Shown here: piece after piece, positions 46,071 through 55,305 of the stretch | Layout of the letters: every line of letters starts with the position of its first letter | Numbering within the stretch: position 1 is the stretch's first letter | From: an uncultured Thermoplasmata archaeon | Lineage (GTDB): Archaea > Thermoplasmatota > Thermoplasmata > Halarchaeoplasmatales > Halarchaeoplasmataceae | Reading direction: 5' to 3' | DNA length: 64,000 nt | NCBI GenBank assembly: GCA_964535805.1 | Contig: CAZHUM010000002.1 | Coordinates: 740 to 64,739, forward strand | Translations under genes and position numbers: made by a program | Notes under the pieces: generated by a model | Told to the model about the DNA's origin: nothing | The model's input: only the letters and a program-made list of their open reading frames with translations | The model's database searches: none

Positions 46071-46144
46071 TGCAGGCGACGGGATTCGAACCCGTGCAAT
46101 TAGCTTGGAAGGCTAAGATCCTAACCAGACTAGATCACGCCTGC
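46071..46144 (-). tRNA. tRNA-Trp (anticodon CCA), no intron, CCA tail not encoded
   Basis: Reverse complement is GCAGGCGTGATCTAGTCTGGTTAGGATCTTAGCCTTCCAAGCTAATTGCACGGGTTCGAATCCCGTCGCCTGCA. It folds as a cloverleaf with a 7-bp acceptor stem, a GTTCGAATC T-loop and anticodon loop TTCCAAG. Confidence 0.8.
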
Positions 46145-46475
46145 TATGTGTGAGAGTGTTAATTCATATTACTATTATATCCTTTTTGGTCTATATCCTC
46201 AGAAATTATTAAAACGTCGTTACCTATACTTACGGAGAAGGTGCATATCTATCTCCGCGGATAAAAGATGTTGGTGGAATTTCAAGGTTCTGATATTTAT
46301 CTTAGGTATCTGTGGTTCTGTTGCCGTTTCATTGATGCTTTGGAACGTGCTGTATGGTTTAGCCTTTGCTTTTTTTTACTTTTTTGTTATAGGTAGGATG
46401 TGGAAGTTTATCGATAAAATATGATTCCTTTTATCAATCATTGGTTTTATATTTGACTTCTTATATCGGTTAATC

Positions 46476-48674
46476 ATGCAGAGGATATTCATCGGAGTCG
46501 CATGGCCCTATGCCAACGGGCCGATACACATAGGCCAGGTAGGTGGATGCTACCTTCCACCGGATATATTCAAAAGATATCACGAGTTGAAAGGGAACGA
46601 AGTCCTCATGGTCTCGGGTTCCGACCAGCACGGAACCCCAGTGACCATAGAAGCCGATAAAGAAGGCATCACTCCGAAAGAAGTAGCGGAGAAGTACCAC
46701 GATATAAACACCAAGGCGATCGAGGATCTGGGTATACGATTTACGCTATTTACATACACCATGAATCCAACGCATAAGAGGGTGTCTAGGGATTTGTTTA
46801 AAACCCTGTACGATAAGGGGCATATCTTTCTGGATTCCATGAATACCTTCTACTGCGAAAATTGTGATAAATTCCTGCCGGATAGATACGTACAGGGTGA
46901 ATGTCCCGTCTGTGGCCAGGTGGATATCAGGAGCGATCAATGCGACGAATGCGGGACCATCTTGGATCCAGAAGATGTTCTAGAGCCGAGATGTATGTTC
47001 TGCGGAGAAGTGCCCTCCCTCAAGGAGAGCGAACATTTCTTCCTCAGATTATCTGGTTTCCAGGAAAAACTGGAAGAGTATGTGGAGGACAAGGATTATT
47101 GGAAAAATCACGTATTGAATTTCACCAAGGGATGGCTGGAAAAGGGATTGGAGGACAGACCGATCTCCAGGGATATGGAATGGGGCATATCCGTACCCGT
47201 TGAAGGCTACGAAGACAAGAAGATCTACGTATGGTTCGAAGCCGTCATCGGATATCTATCAACTGCAATACTGTGGTCGGAGAATACCGGTAACGACTGG
47301 GAGGTATTCTGGAAGAACCCAGATACAAGGCACTATTACTTCTTAGCCAAGGACAATATACCGTTCCACACGATAATCTGGCCCTCGATGATAATGGGCT
47401 ACGACGAGGAGTTGAACCTACCATACAACGTACCCGGGAACCAGTATATGTTGCTCGAAGGGGAGCAGTTCTCAACGAGCCGGGGTAGGGTGGTTTCACT
47501 CACCGACGTACTGAAGGATTTCGATGCCGATGCGATCAGATATTACATCACCGCCGTCATGCCTGAGCTCAAGGACACTAGCTTTTCATGGGAGGACTTC
47601 AAGGAGAAGAACAACTCCGAGCTGGTGGGCAATCTAGGCAACTTCATACACCGTGTTCTTTCTTTTACACACTCTAAATTCGGGTGCATACCGGAGATGG
47701 GAGAACTAGATGAGAGGGACGAGGAGATAATCGAGATCATCGACGAAAAGGTAAAAAAGATAGACGGTGCCCTGAGTCAATGTAAATTCAAAGAAGGGCT
47801 CAAGTATTTACTGAAACTATCCAGAGAGGGGAACAGGTATTTCAACGACAAGGCACCATGGCACCAGATCAAAGAGGATAAAGAGAGATGTGGAACGACA
47901 CTACATATATCTTTGAAGATAATAAAAGCTATAGCGATCGCAGGGTCTCCTTATCTCCCGCACACCATGGATAAGTTATGGAACGAGTACCTAGGAGAAT
48001 CCGAGTCTTTCGATGAAAGAAGGTGGGAATATGCCTTGAAATCATTAAACACTGGATTCGAGCTCGAGAAACCCGAGCCATTGTATAAGAATATAAATAT
48101 AGATGAGATTTTCGAAGAAGAGGAAGATATCATGGACGATCTAAAGAAGCTGGACCTTAGAGTAGGGAAAATAACGGAAGTCGAAGAACATCCCAACGCA
48201 GATAAATTGTACATCGCTAGAGTCGATTTGGGGTGTGAAAAAAGAACACTAGTAGCAGGTCTGAAACCCTACTACGATAAGGAAGATATGCAGGGTAAAA
48301 AGATCGTGGTCGTCTGCAACCTAGAACCCGCTAAATTGAGGGGCGTGACTTCAGAAGGGATGATGTTGGCCGCCCAGGAAGGAGATACGGTATCTCTTCT
48401 AAAGGCTGGTGGGGATATCGGGTCATCCATCGAAGGCACCGAAAAGGGTGCTGAACAGATTTCATTCGGCGATTTTAAGGAATACGATTTTATCGTTGGC
48501 AGTTGGAGCGACGGAGCCCTAGATGTTGGTAAAGAAGTCGAAGCGCTCGAGCAAGAAGGATTCGGTGGTACGAGTGTAGTTTACGTTAAGGACGGTAAGG
48601 GAACGGTGCTAAGAGACGATTCTGGTGTGATCCATCTTGATAAAGAAGTAAGTCCCGGCAGCGAAGTCTTGTAG
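46476..48674 (+). CDS. metG: methionyl-tRNA synthetase with C-terminal tRNA-binding (EMAP/Trbp111-like) domain
   Basis: PYANGPIHIGQ (HIGH region), two Cys4 knuckles, FSTSRG (KMSKS region), and C-terminal LDLRVGKI...EGMMLAA. Confidence 0.95.
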   Translation: MQRIFIGVAWPYANGPIHIGQVGGCYLPPDIFKRYHELKGNEVLMVSGSDQHGTPVTIEADKEGITPKEVAEKYHDINTKAIEDLGIRFTLFTYTMNPTHKRVSRDLFKTLYDKGHIFLDSMNTFYCENCDKFLPDRYVQGECPVCGQVDIRSDQCDECGTILDPEDVLEPRCMFCGEVPSLKESEHFFLRLSGFQEKLEEYVEDKDYWKNHVLNFTKGWLEKGLEDRPISRDMEWGISVPVEGYEDKKIYVWFEAVIGYLSTAILWSENTGNDWEVFWKNPDTRHYYFLAKDNIPFHTIIWPSMIMGYDEELNLPYNVPGNQYMLLEGEQFSTSRGRVVSLTDVLKDFDADAIRYYITAVMPELKDTSFSWEDFKEKNNSELVGNLGNFIHRVLSFTHSKFGCIPEMGELDERDEEIIEIIDEKVKKIDGALSQCKFKEGLKYLLKLSREGNRYFNDKAPWHQIKEDKERCGTTLHISLKIIKAIAIAGSPYLPHTMDKLWNEYLGESESFDERRWEYALKSLNTGFELEKPEPLYKNINIDEIFEEEEDIMDDLKKLDLRVGKITEVEEHPNADKLYIARVDLGCEKRTLVAGLKPYYDKEDMQGKKIVVVCNLEPAKLRGVTSEGMMLAAQEGDTVSLLKAGGDIGSSIEGTEKGAEQISFGDFKEYDFIVGSWSDGALDVGKEVEALEQEGFGGTSVVYVKDGKGTVLRDDSGVIHLDKEVSPGSEVL

Positions 48675-48685
48675 ACTCATGGTAG

Positions 48686-48711
48686 AACACCGCTGCGACA
48701 CAGGTGTTTTA
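48686..48711 (+). terminator. hairpin AACACC-11nt-GGTGTT followed by a TTTT run, the metG terminator
   Basis: The inverted repeat plus T-tract lies 12 nt after the metG stop. Confidence 0.5.
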
Positions 48712-48857
48712 TCGTATCTTGGTGCGACTATATTAATAATTTTAATATAATAATATTTAGGCATATCAAATTCAGTGCTTGAAAACGAGCTTTTTTCTTG
48801 AAAATTACCTGGAATTTAGCGAAAGTTTTTTATATTAATAAAAGATTATACCTCTGG

Positions 48858-48876
48858 GGTCGGTGAATGACCGACC
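48858..48876 (+). promoter_or_regulatory. perfect hairpin GGTCGGTgaatgACCGACC in the 5' leader of the 72-aa gene
   Basis: It sits between a TATA-like ttttttatattaat (~48825) and the GGAGG ribosome-binding site at 48890. Confidence 0.45.
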
Positions 48877-48901
48877 TTAATATTCAAACGGAGGAAAGAA
48901 A

Positions 48902-49120
48902 ATGAGTATGAAGAAAATAAGTGTAGACAAAGCTCAGGAGATAGCCACGAAAAAGGGATTGAAACCCGGATTAGTAAAGGGAACCGATGGAATCCAATTT
49001 ACAAAGGGTAATAACCCAAGGCTTGAAACCATAGACTGGGGCGAGTTCAAGAACAAGCTCGCCGAGAGAAATCTAGCAGTTTATGAATCTGGCGGCTGGA
49101 TGAAGATAATGAAAAAGTAG
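48902..49120 (+). CDS. hypothetical small protein (72 aa)
   Basis: GGAGG ribosome-binding site 8 nt upstream of the ATG. Followed by a long oligo-T terminator at 49141..49171. Confidence 0.5.
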   Translation: MSMKKISVDKAQEIATKKGLKPGLVKGTDGIQFTKGNNPRLETIDWGEFKNKLAERNLAVYESGGWMKIMKK

Positions 49121-49140
49121 GACTAAAAAACGGTCCCAAT

Positions 49141-49171
49141 CTTTCTTTTTTTTATTTTTTTTTATTCTTTT
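49141..49171 (+). terminator. oligo-T archaeal terminator (ctttcttttttttatttttttttattctttt)
   Basis: Extended T-tract 20 nt after the stop codon. Confidence 0.5.
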
Positions 49172-49237
49172 GAAACGTGATTTTTGTATACATTTGTAAA
49201 ATATTTTTATATAGTCGTCGATTACTCATCTATCAGC

Positions 49238-50920
49238 ATGATAGAAGTTGAGAGTAGATGGGGGCTTTCCAAAAGTGGGAAGTTTTGGTTTGATGACAAG
49301 GAGATGGTATTCCCGAATATACTCTACATAGACGACGGTATTATAGATGAATATGTAAAAGGAGACATAGATGGGATCTCATTTTCTGATAGTGAAGATT
49401 CAGATCTGAAAAGGTCAATTTCCCTCTTCCAAGAGAACGGTTTCAACATACCACAATCCTTCGGATATCCAGACTTGATAGGAGGTGACGTAGTGGAATG
49501 CTCTCCCCCTAGATCCTTTTTCCAGGTCCTTTACGACCAAGAACCGAGGGAGGATGCCGGCATATATGTGATCGCTAACGCCCCGGAATTGTTCACGAAT
49601 CCAAAGTACTTCGTGGATAAGATTTTGAGTATAAGGAAGAAAATCGGTTATCACAAACTTCTCTACACCCCGGGCATAGCGAGACCGAACAACATCGCCC
49701 TCTTGAACTACCTAGGCATAGATCTATTCGATACCATCTACTGTGATCTGATGAGTTTTAAAGGGATAAAAACAACGGATTGGCTGAATATCGATGCACA
49801 TGGTTCAGAACAGAACCGCGTTCTAATGAAAGAAGAGCTTGATATTATCAAAAAAAGCATAAGATGTGGACGTGTAAGAGATCTAGTCGAAACACGTGTC
49901 AGAAGTGAGCCTAGATTGGTGGAGATGCTCAGATGTACCGATGATCACTATGATGATTACTCTCATAATATACCCGTTACAGGTGAAAAAGTATTCATTA
50001 CGACCTATGAAGGTCTGTATAGACCTGATATCCGACGATTCAGGAATAGGCTTAGAGAAAGATACGAACCGCCGGAGAGGGATGTGCTGCTGTTACTTCC
50101 ATGCTCCGCTCGAAAACCCTATTTCCAATCTAAGACCCACGGTATGATAAGAGGAGCGGTCAATCAGGGAAACTGGACCGATGTACATGAAGTGACCCTC
50201 ACGTCACCGATGGGCGCCGTTCCCCGTGATATTGAGATGTTCTACCCGGCCCAGCAGTACGATATACCGGTATCGCATAAATGGCTGGAAGAAGAGAAGA
50301 GCATGATTCTTGAGACCCTCGAAACCATAATAGAAAAGGGTGATTACAGTACGATAATTTGCCACCTCCCACCAGACATGGATTTCGTGAGGGAGAGCAT
50401 AGATTGTATTGATACAACACGGGGCAGGCATCCGACTGACGATACGTCGCTCGAAAATCTAGCTGAAAGTGTTGTAGAGAACACAAATCCTGGCAGGAGT
50501 TACCAAGAATTCCTTCATCAAAACATGACCTCTTTTGCTGAGTTTCAATTCGGTCCAGCAGGTAGAAAACTTACTGAAGGAGCCGATATAAAAGGCAGAT
50601 ACCCGAACTACCGCATCATGAAAGGAGAGGATCAGATAGGCATGCTCGTTTCGGAGAGAGGGCTGATATCCCTAACTCTATCAGGAGGAGAGATACTTCT
50701 GAAAGAAGATGAATACGTTGTTGAGATCGATGATTTCAGGCCCAAAGGGACCGTCTTCGCGGTAGGAGTCAAAGATGCCGACGAAAAGATATGTCCCGAA
50801 GACGATTGCGTTCTAGCAAACGAAGGAGAACTGAAGGGAGTGGGAGTTGCGGTGATGTCCGGAGGGGAGATGATATCCGCTGAGAGAGGGGGAGCGGTCA
50901 GGAGCAGACACTACGTGTAA
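49238..50920 (+). CDS. arcS: archaeosine synthase ArcS-like protein (TGT-related region plus C-terminal PUA domain)
   Basis: LLLLPCSARKPY is a PCS..KPY motif typical of the ArcS/DUF5591 region. The C-terminus VVEIDDFRPKGTVFAVGVKDADEKI...GELKGVGVAVMSGGEM has a PUA-like fold. Start placed at the ATG 25 nt after the TATA tttttatata. Confidence 0.55.
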   Translation: MIEVESRWGLSKSGKFWFDDKEMVFPNILYIDDGIIDEYVKGDIDGISFSDSEDSDLKRSISLFQENGFNIPQSFGYPDLIGGDVVECSPPRSFFQVLYDQEPREDAGIYVIANAPELFTNPKYFVDKILSIRKKIGYHKLLYTPGIARPNNIALLNYLGIDLFDTIYCDLMSFKGIKTTDWLNIDAHGSEQNRVLMKEELDIIKKSIRCGRVRDLVETRVRSEPRLVEMLRCTDDHYDDYSHNIPVTGEKVFITTYEGLYRPDIRRFRNRLRERYEPPERDVLLLLPCSARKPYFQSKTHGMIRGAVNQGNWTDVHEVTLTSPMGAVPRDIEMFYPAQQYDIPVSHKWLEEEKSMILETLETIIEKGDYSTIICHLPPDMDFVRESIDCIDTTRGRHPTDDTSLENLAESVVENTNPGRSYQEFLHQNMTSFAEFQFGPAGRKLTEGADIKGRYPNYRIMKGEDQIGMLVSERGLISLTLSGGEILLKEDEYVVEIDDFRPKGTVFAVGVKDADEKICPEDDCVLANEGELKGVGVAVMSGGEMISAERGGAVRSRHYV

Positions 50921-50925
50921 TCGTT

Positions 50926-52446
50926 TTACACTTTTTTGAAGGCTGGATGTTTCTCCAGTATCATGCCTTCTATGGTCATCGGGTTCTTGTGTTTTGCCAA
51001 CTTTACGGCCTCTTTAAGACACATCTCCTTCTCGGAGTAGATGGTGAAAAGCAGTTCGTCTTTGTCGATTTTATCTCCCTTCTTTTTGTTCAGTATGATG
51101 CCGCCGGTTTTACGGTATGGTGCTCCTGCGGTCCTTACTATCTCGATTATTCTGTGATTGTTAACATTGTTCACATAACCGTCTTCTACTGAGCAAATCT
51201 TCTCGGAATAATCTCCTAGATGTATATCATCGGATTCGACTTCAGGATCTCCGCCTTGGTAATCTATGATCTGCTTCATCTTCTCAAGGGCCTCACCGCT
51301 TTCCAGTAACCTTTCAGCTTCCTTTTTTCCCCGACCTTCTCTCATACCCCCCTGTTCTAGTACCATCCCTGCGAGGGAGGTAGATTTTTCCAGGAGGCTG
51401 TTGGGGACCTCCTTACCCTCTAAGGCCATGAGTGCTTCTCTAGCCTCCACCGTGGGACCGACCGCCTCACCCACGGGCTGATCGCCGTAACTCAAAGCAC
51501 ATCTAACATCGATCCCTATCTCTTCACCGATCGCGACGAAATCTCTAGCATACTTTCTGCCTAGTTCCATTGTTTCTACCTTTGTATTCATGCCGATGGG
51601 GATGTCCATGACCAGATATTCTGCTCCACAGGCTTTTTTCTTGGACAGAACCGATGCTAAAACCTGGGCATAAGGGTCTATCCTCAAGGGATATTCCGCA
51701 CGTATTATTAAATCGTCTGCAGGAGCTAAATCTACCGCCCCGCCCCATGCGATGACACCCCCTATCTCCTCGGTTATGTTCTTGATCTGCTCTGTGGTTA
51801 GTGACACGTTTGTGAGCACTTCGAATATGTCCGCTGTGCCTCCCGCACTGGATATCGCCCTTGAACTGGTCTTGGGTATCATCAATCCGGCGGCTGCAAC
51901 TATAGGGACTATCAGCAGCGTGATCTTATTGCCAGGAACACCACCTATACTGTGATGATCGAATATCGGATGTTTGTCGAAATCGATAGAGATCCCGCTG
52001 TCGATCATAGCTAATGTCAGGTTCTTCGTTTCGTTGATATTCATGCCGTGTGAGTAAACTCCGCATACGTAGGCGGAGAGTTCTATATCGGAGAGTCTTT
52101 TCTCAGCTATATCGTTGATTATCTCCTTTATAGCGTGTTCGCTGAGTTCCTTTCCCTCCAACTTCTCCTTTATGTGATCGATGGATTCTGGTCTCTTCGT
52201 TGGCAACAGATCCAACTCGTCCCCGTCTTCCGCATCCAACTTATCAGACACCTTGTGAAGTACACCGACCTCGTCCTTTTTGACCAGTGTACTCGATGTT
52301 TCGACTATCGCTGTTACCTTTTTACCTCCTTTGGATACCTTCACCCTGCTCTGACTGCGCATCCCGAGTTTCTCCGCATTTATCTGATTAAGTACAACGG
52401 TCATCTCGCCTGCTTCTAAATCTATCTTTTTGGCTTTCAAATTCAT
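50926..52446 (-). CDS. deoA: AMP phosphorylase (thymidine-phosphorylase family with N-terminal extension)
   Basis: Pyrimidine-nucleoside-phosphorylase core (SIGGVPGNKITLL, TSSRAISSAGGTAD) plus the AMPpase-specific N-terminal domain. Operon context with RuBisCO. Confidence 0.85.
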   Translation of the reverse strand: MNLKAKKIDLEAGEMTVVLNQINAEKLGMRSQSRVKVSKGGKKVTAIVETSSTLVKKDEVGVLHKVSDKLDAEDGDELDLLPTKRPESIDHIKEKLEGKELSEHAIKEIINDIAEKRLSDIELSAYVCGVYSHGMNINETKNLTLAMIDSGISIDFDKHPIFDHHSIGGVPGNKITLLIVPIVAAAGLMIPKTSSRAISSAGGTADIFEVLTNVSLTTEQIKNITEEIGGVIAWGGAVDLAPADDLIIRAEYPLRIDPYAQVLASVLSKKKACGAEYLVMDIPIGMNTKVETMELGRKYARDFVAIGEEIGIDVRCALSYGDQPVGEAVGPTVEAREALMALEGKEVPNSLLEKSTSLAGMVLEQGGMREGRGKKEAERLLESGEALEKMKQIIDYQGGDPEVESDDIHLGDYSEKICSVEDGYVNNVNNHRIIEIVRTAGAPYRKTGGIILNKKKGDKIDKDELLFTIYSEKEMCLKEAVKLAKHKNPMTIEGMILEKHPAFKKV

Positions 52447-52450
52447 GTTC

Positions 52451-53680
52451 TCACATCCATTTCTCCAACGCCTTTCTCAATTCATCATGCTCTTTCGCGT
52501 ATACTTCCAATTCGATGCCTTCTACTGCAGCGTCCAGTGCCTGCACCATGGCGGCTCCACCGGCTCTAACGCCGTCAGGGTGACCGGAAACTCCTCCTCC
52601 AGCTTGGATCTGCACATCAAGACCGCTCTTTTCAAGGAGCGGGGGGATCAAGCCAGGATGAAGTCCGCCGCTTGCCACCGGTATCACCTTTTGGGCTTCG
52701 CTCATCTCTCCCAACAACATCTCCTTGGAACGCAATTCTTCCTCTACATTGGCGTGCATCTTACCTACACCGTAAGTACCTGTATGGAATGAATCCCCTC
52801 CGACCATCCTTACTAGTGCCGCGATAACAGGCATGGATATCCCGTGATCCGGGTTCCTGGTGATAGCACCGTGCATGGCTCTGTGAACGTGAATCGGTAC
52901 ATCTACAGATGGGTCCTCGGCAAGAGCCTGGACACCGGAGAATCCTACGGTCAGTACGTCTACCATCAACTGTCTAGCACCGTTCTCCAGAGCTAGGTCG
53001 GCTGCATCCAATATGCGGTGAGCGGAGGTGCTTATGTTGTGAGCGTGTATCATCTTGTGACCTTCCTCCTCGAGCAGGTCCAATTTCTCACTCACCTTGT
53101 TGACCCTGTCCCCGAGGGGACAGAAATCCTGGTCAACCAGGGTTTCATCATCCTTGGAGTTCGTAAGACCTCCTTTACCGGCTTCGTAAACATAATCTGA
53201 GAACTCCTCTGGAGGAAGTCCGATCTTGGGTTTGACTATGGTACCGATGAAAGGTTTTTTGGGCCTCCCCATCAGCTTTCTCAAGCCGTCTATTCCGAAC
53301 TGAGGGCCGGGATATCTCTGTACGATATCGGGGGGTATCTGTATATCCTCTAGCCGTACTCCGTCTAGGGTTTCAAGCCCGAAAAGGTTTCCCGCTACAA
53401 TGCTGAGTATCTGCGGTGTCTCACCGAGTTCGCCTGAGAAATCTATTATGGGGTAACCTATAGTCACATAATTTCCTTGGGCTTTTACCACCTTGGCACC
53501 GTACCTTTCGAATATGTCATCGGAAAGGGTAGTGGGCATGGTCCATGTGCCAGTAGATTCCTCTTCAGCGATCCGAATACCTGCTGTTTCTATGGGCAGG
53601 TCGCTCTTTACTTTGTACTCACAAATAAGATACTCTTCTGGGTCTAATTCTTCACCCAAAGCTAGATAATCTATCATCAT
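52451..53680 (-). CDS. rbcL: ribulose-bisphosphate carboxylase, type III
   Basis: GGLTNSKDDETLVDQDF matches the RuBisCO GGLDFTKDDENVNSQPF region. The C-terminal VSGHPDGVRAGGAAMVQALDAAVEGI is the loop-6 region. The length is about 410 aa, the form III size. Confidence 0.9.
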   Translation of the reverse strand: MMIDYLALGEELDPEEYLICEYKVKSDLPIETAGIRIAEEESTGTWTMPTTLSDDIFERYGAKVVKAQGNYVTIGYPIIDFSGELGETPQILSIVAGNLFGLETLDGVRLEDIQIPPDIVQRYPGPQFGIDGLRKLMGRPKKPFIGTIVKPKIGLPPEEFSDYVYEAGKGGLTNSKDDETLVDQDFCPLGDRVNKVSEKLDLLEEEGHKMIHAHNISTSAHRILDAADLALENGARQLMVDVLTVGFSGVQALAEDPSVDVPIHVHRAMHGAITRNPDHGISMPVIAALVRMVGGDSFHTGTYGVGKMHANVEEELRSKEMLLGEMSEAQKVIPVASGGLHPGLIPPLLEKSGLDVQIQAGGGVSGHPDGVRAGGAAMVQALDAAVEGIELEVYAKEHDELRKALEKWM

Positions 53681-54591
53681 TTCATCTCCTTTATTATTCT
53701 ATATGCCCCCGAGGGCGATATAATACCTTCCTCGGTGACTATGGCATCTATATAGTCATCTGGGGTGGCATCGAAAACCGGGTTTCTTATGGTCACGCCA
53801 GGGAACAGTGACGGATCGACGATCTCCTTTGGATCTCTTTCCTCTATCTCAACCAGATCACCGAAAGCCGTCTCTTTGGAAAATTTATACGTTTCAGCGC
53901 AAACCGTCACCGGTACCCTGGCTTCGTGGGCAGAGAGAGCTACTTGGGATGTCCCTATCTTGTTAATCACAGCACCGTTGGATGCTATGGTATCCGCCCC
54001 GATATAGACTTGATCTATGTCCTGCATGAAGTATCTGACAGCGGAGTCCACTATCAGAACAACTGGGATGCCGTAGTCAACGAGCTCTCTCACCGTTATA
54101 TAGCCCTGCTTTTTCGGCCTTGATTCCGTAGCAAAGACCCTTAACTCTTTACCTTCGTCCCATGCGTACTTTATAGCACCAAGAGCTAGGGAACTGTTGC
54201 AGTGTGTCAGTATCATATCTCCGTCGTTTATCCTCTTACCCCCGTACTCAGCGATCTTTTTAGCTGCTTCGTAAGACTTTTTAACGAATTCGTCCGCCCT
54301 TTCCTTTACAGTGAATTTTGCGGTTTCCACATCATTGAATTTTGGGTAAAGTACATAATCAATCGCATTTGATAATGATATCGCTGTGGGTCTAGTGGAT
54401 AAGACCATCTCTTTGGCTTTCTCCATCTCTGATTCAAACTCCTCAAGGTCGTTTCCCCTGAACTGCTGTACCGCTTTCTTCATTGCGACCGCACCCGCCC
54501 GAGCTATCTTGGCGGCCCCCCGAATCTCCATGGATTCTATCTTCTCTGCTATCTGTTCTATCGTCAGTTCATCCCATTCATGATATTTCAT
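53677..54591 (-). CDS. ribose-1,5-bisphosphate isomerase (eIF-2B alpha/beta/delta-like)
   Basis: e2b2-family fold (GADTIASNGAVINKIGT, CAETYKFS). It overlaps rbcL by 4 nt. Confidence 0.85.
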   Translation of the reverse strand: MKYHEWDELTIEQIAEKIESMEIRGAAKIARAGAVAMKKAVQQFRGNDLEEFESEMEKAKEMVLSTRPTAISLSNAIDYVLYPKFNDVETAKFTVKERADEFVKKSYEAAKKIAEYGGKRINDGDMILTHCNSSLALGAIKYAWDEGKELRVFATESRPKKQGYITVRELVDYGIPVVLIVDSAVRYFMQDIDQVYIGADTIASNGAVINKIGTSQVALSAHEARVPVTVCAETYKFSKETAFGDLVEIEERDPKEIVDPSLFPGVTIRNPVFDATPDDYIDAIVTEEGIISPSGAYRIIKEMK

Positions 54592-54609
54592 GCATATCTA
54601 AATAACTGT

Positions 54610-55281
54610 TTAACAGATAAATCCTTCGTTGTATTTCTCTACTTCCTCGTACACCCGCCAAAGGTTTTTGTCTTTGATCACCACGTCAGCGGATTCGATC
54701 ACAATATCATCGTTGGGGTCGAATGCTATCCCAAGGGCAGCCTTTTCAAGCATGGGGGCATCGATGAAGCTGTTGCCTACTGCAGCACATTTCTTTGGTG
54801 AAAAGTCTAACTCGTCCATCAGCTTGTCGAAACTGTGACCTTTGTCGTTGAGTCTAACCTCCAATGTACCGCCCTTCAGTCCTACATTCTCATCATCAAT
54901 GATATCGTTTGCCATCACCCTATCAAAATATCCTTTAGAGATACTGTGGGCTAGTGGTTTAAGCCCTCCGCTTATAACTGCCAAAGAGTATCCTTCTGAT
55001 TTCAATTGGTTCATCGTCTTCTCGAAACCTTCCATCAACGGTACACCATCCAAAATACCGATGATATCATCCCTACTTATCTCCGATTTACATGCTCTCC
55101 AGAGGGCGATATCCCTTTTTATGAACTCCCGATCGTCTATCTCACCGTCTAGATAAGCTTGAAGGGAATCTTCGTTGCTGACACAGAAATAGTCGTGCAC
55201 CCAGGACCATGAGCTGTGGACATCGACCAAGACTCCATCCATATCGAAAATTATAAGTTTTATACTATCGACCATGCTCAC
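54610..55281 (-). CDS. HAD-superfamily phosphatase, phosphoserine-phosphatase-like
   Basis: IIFDMDGVL (motif I), the conserved Ser/Thr region and GNSFIDAPMLEKAALGIAF (motif IV region). Confidence 0.7.
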   Translation of the reverse strand: MSMVDSIKLIIFDMDGVLVDVHSSWSWVHDYFCVSNEDSLQAYLDGEIDDREFIKRDIALWRACKSEISRDDIIGILDGVPLMEGFEKTMNQLKSEGYSLAVISGGLKPLAHSISKGYFDRVMANDIIDDENVGLKGGTLEVRLNDKGHSFDKLMDELDFSPKKCAAVGNSFIDAPMLEKAALGIAFDPNDDIVIESADVVIKDKNLWRVYEEVEKYNEGFIC

Positions 55282-55305
55282 TAACTCTTCATCATCTAGA
55301 AATTT

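Noticed and set aside
46071-46144. Split or intron-containing tRNA-Trp
   Set aside because: The 74-nt sequence folds as a complete cloverleaf with a normal 7-nt anticodon loop. No intron is needed.
46146-46424. 92-aa ORF between tRNA-Trp and metG
   Set aside because: No ribosome-binding site. The hydrophobic low-complexity translation overlaps the likely metG promoter, so it is probably spurious.
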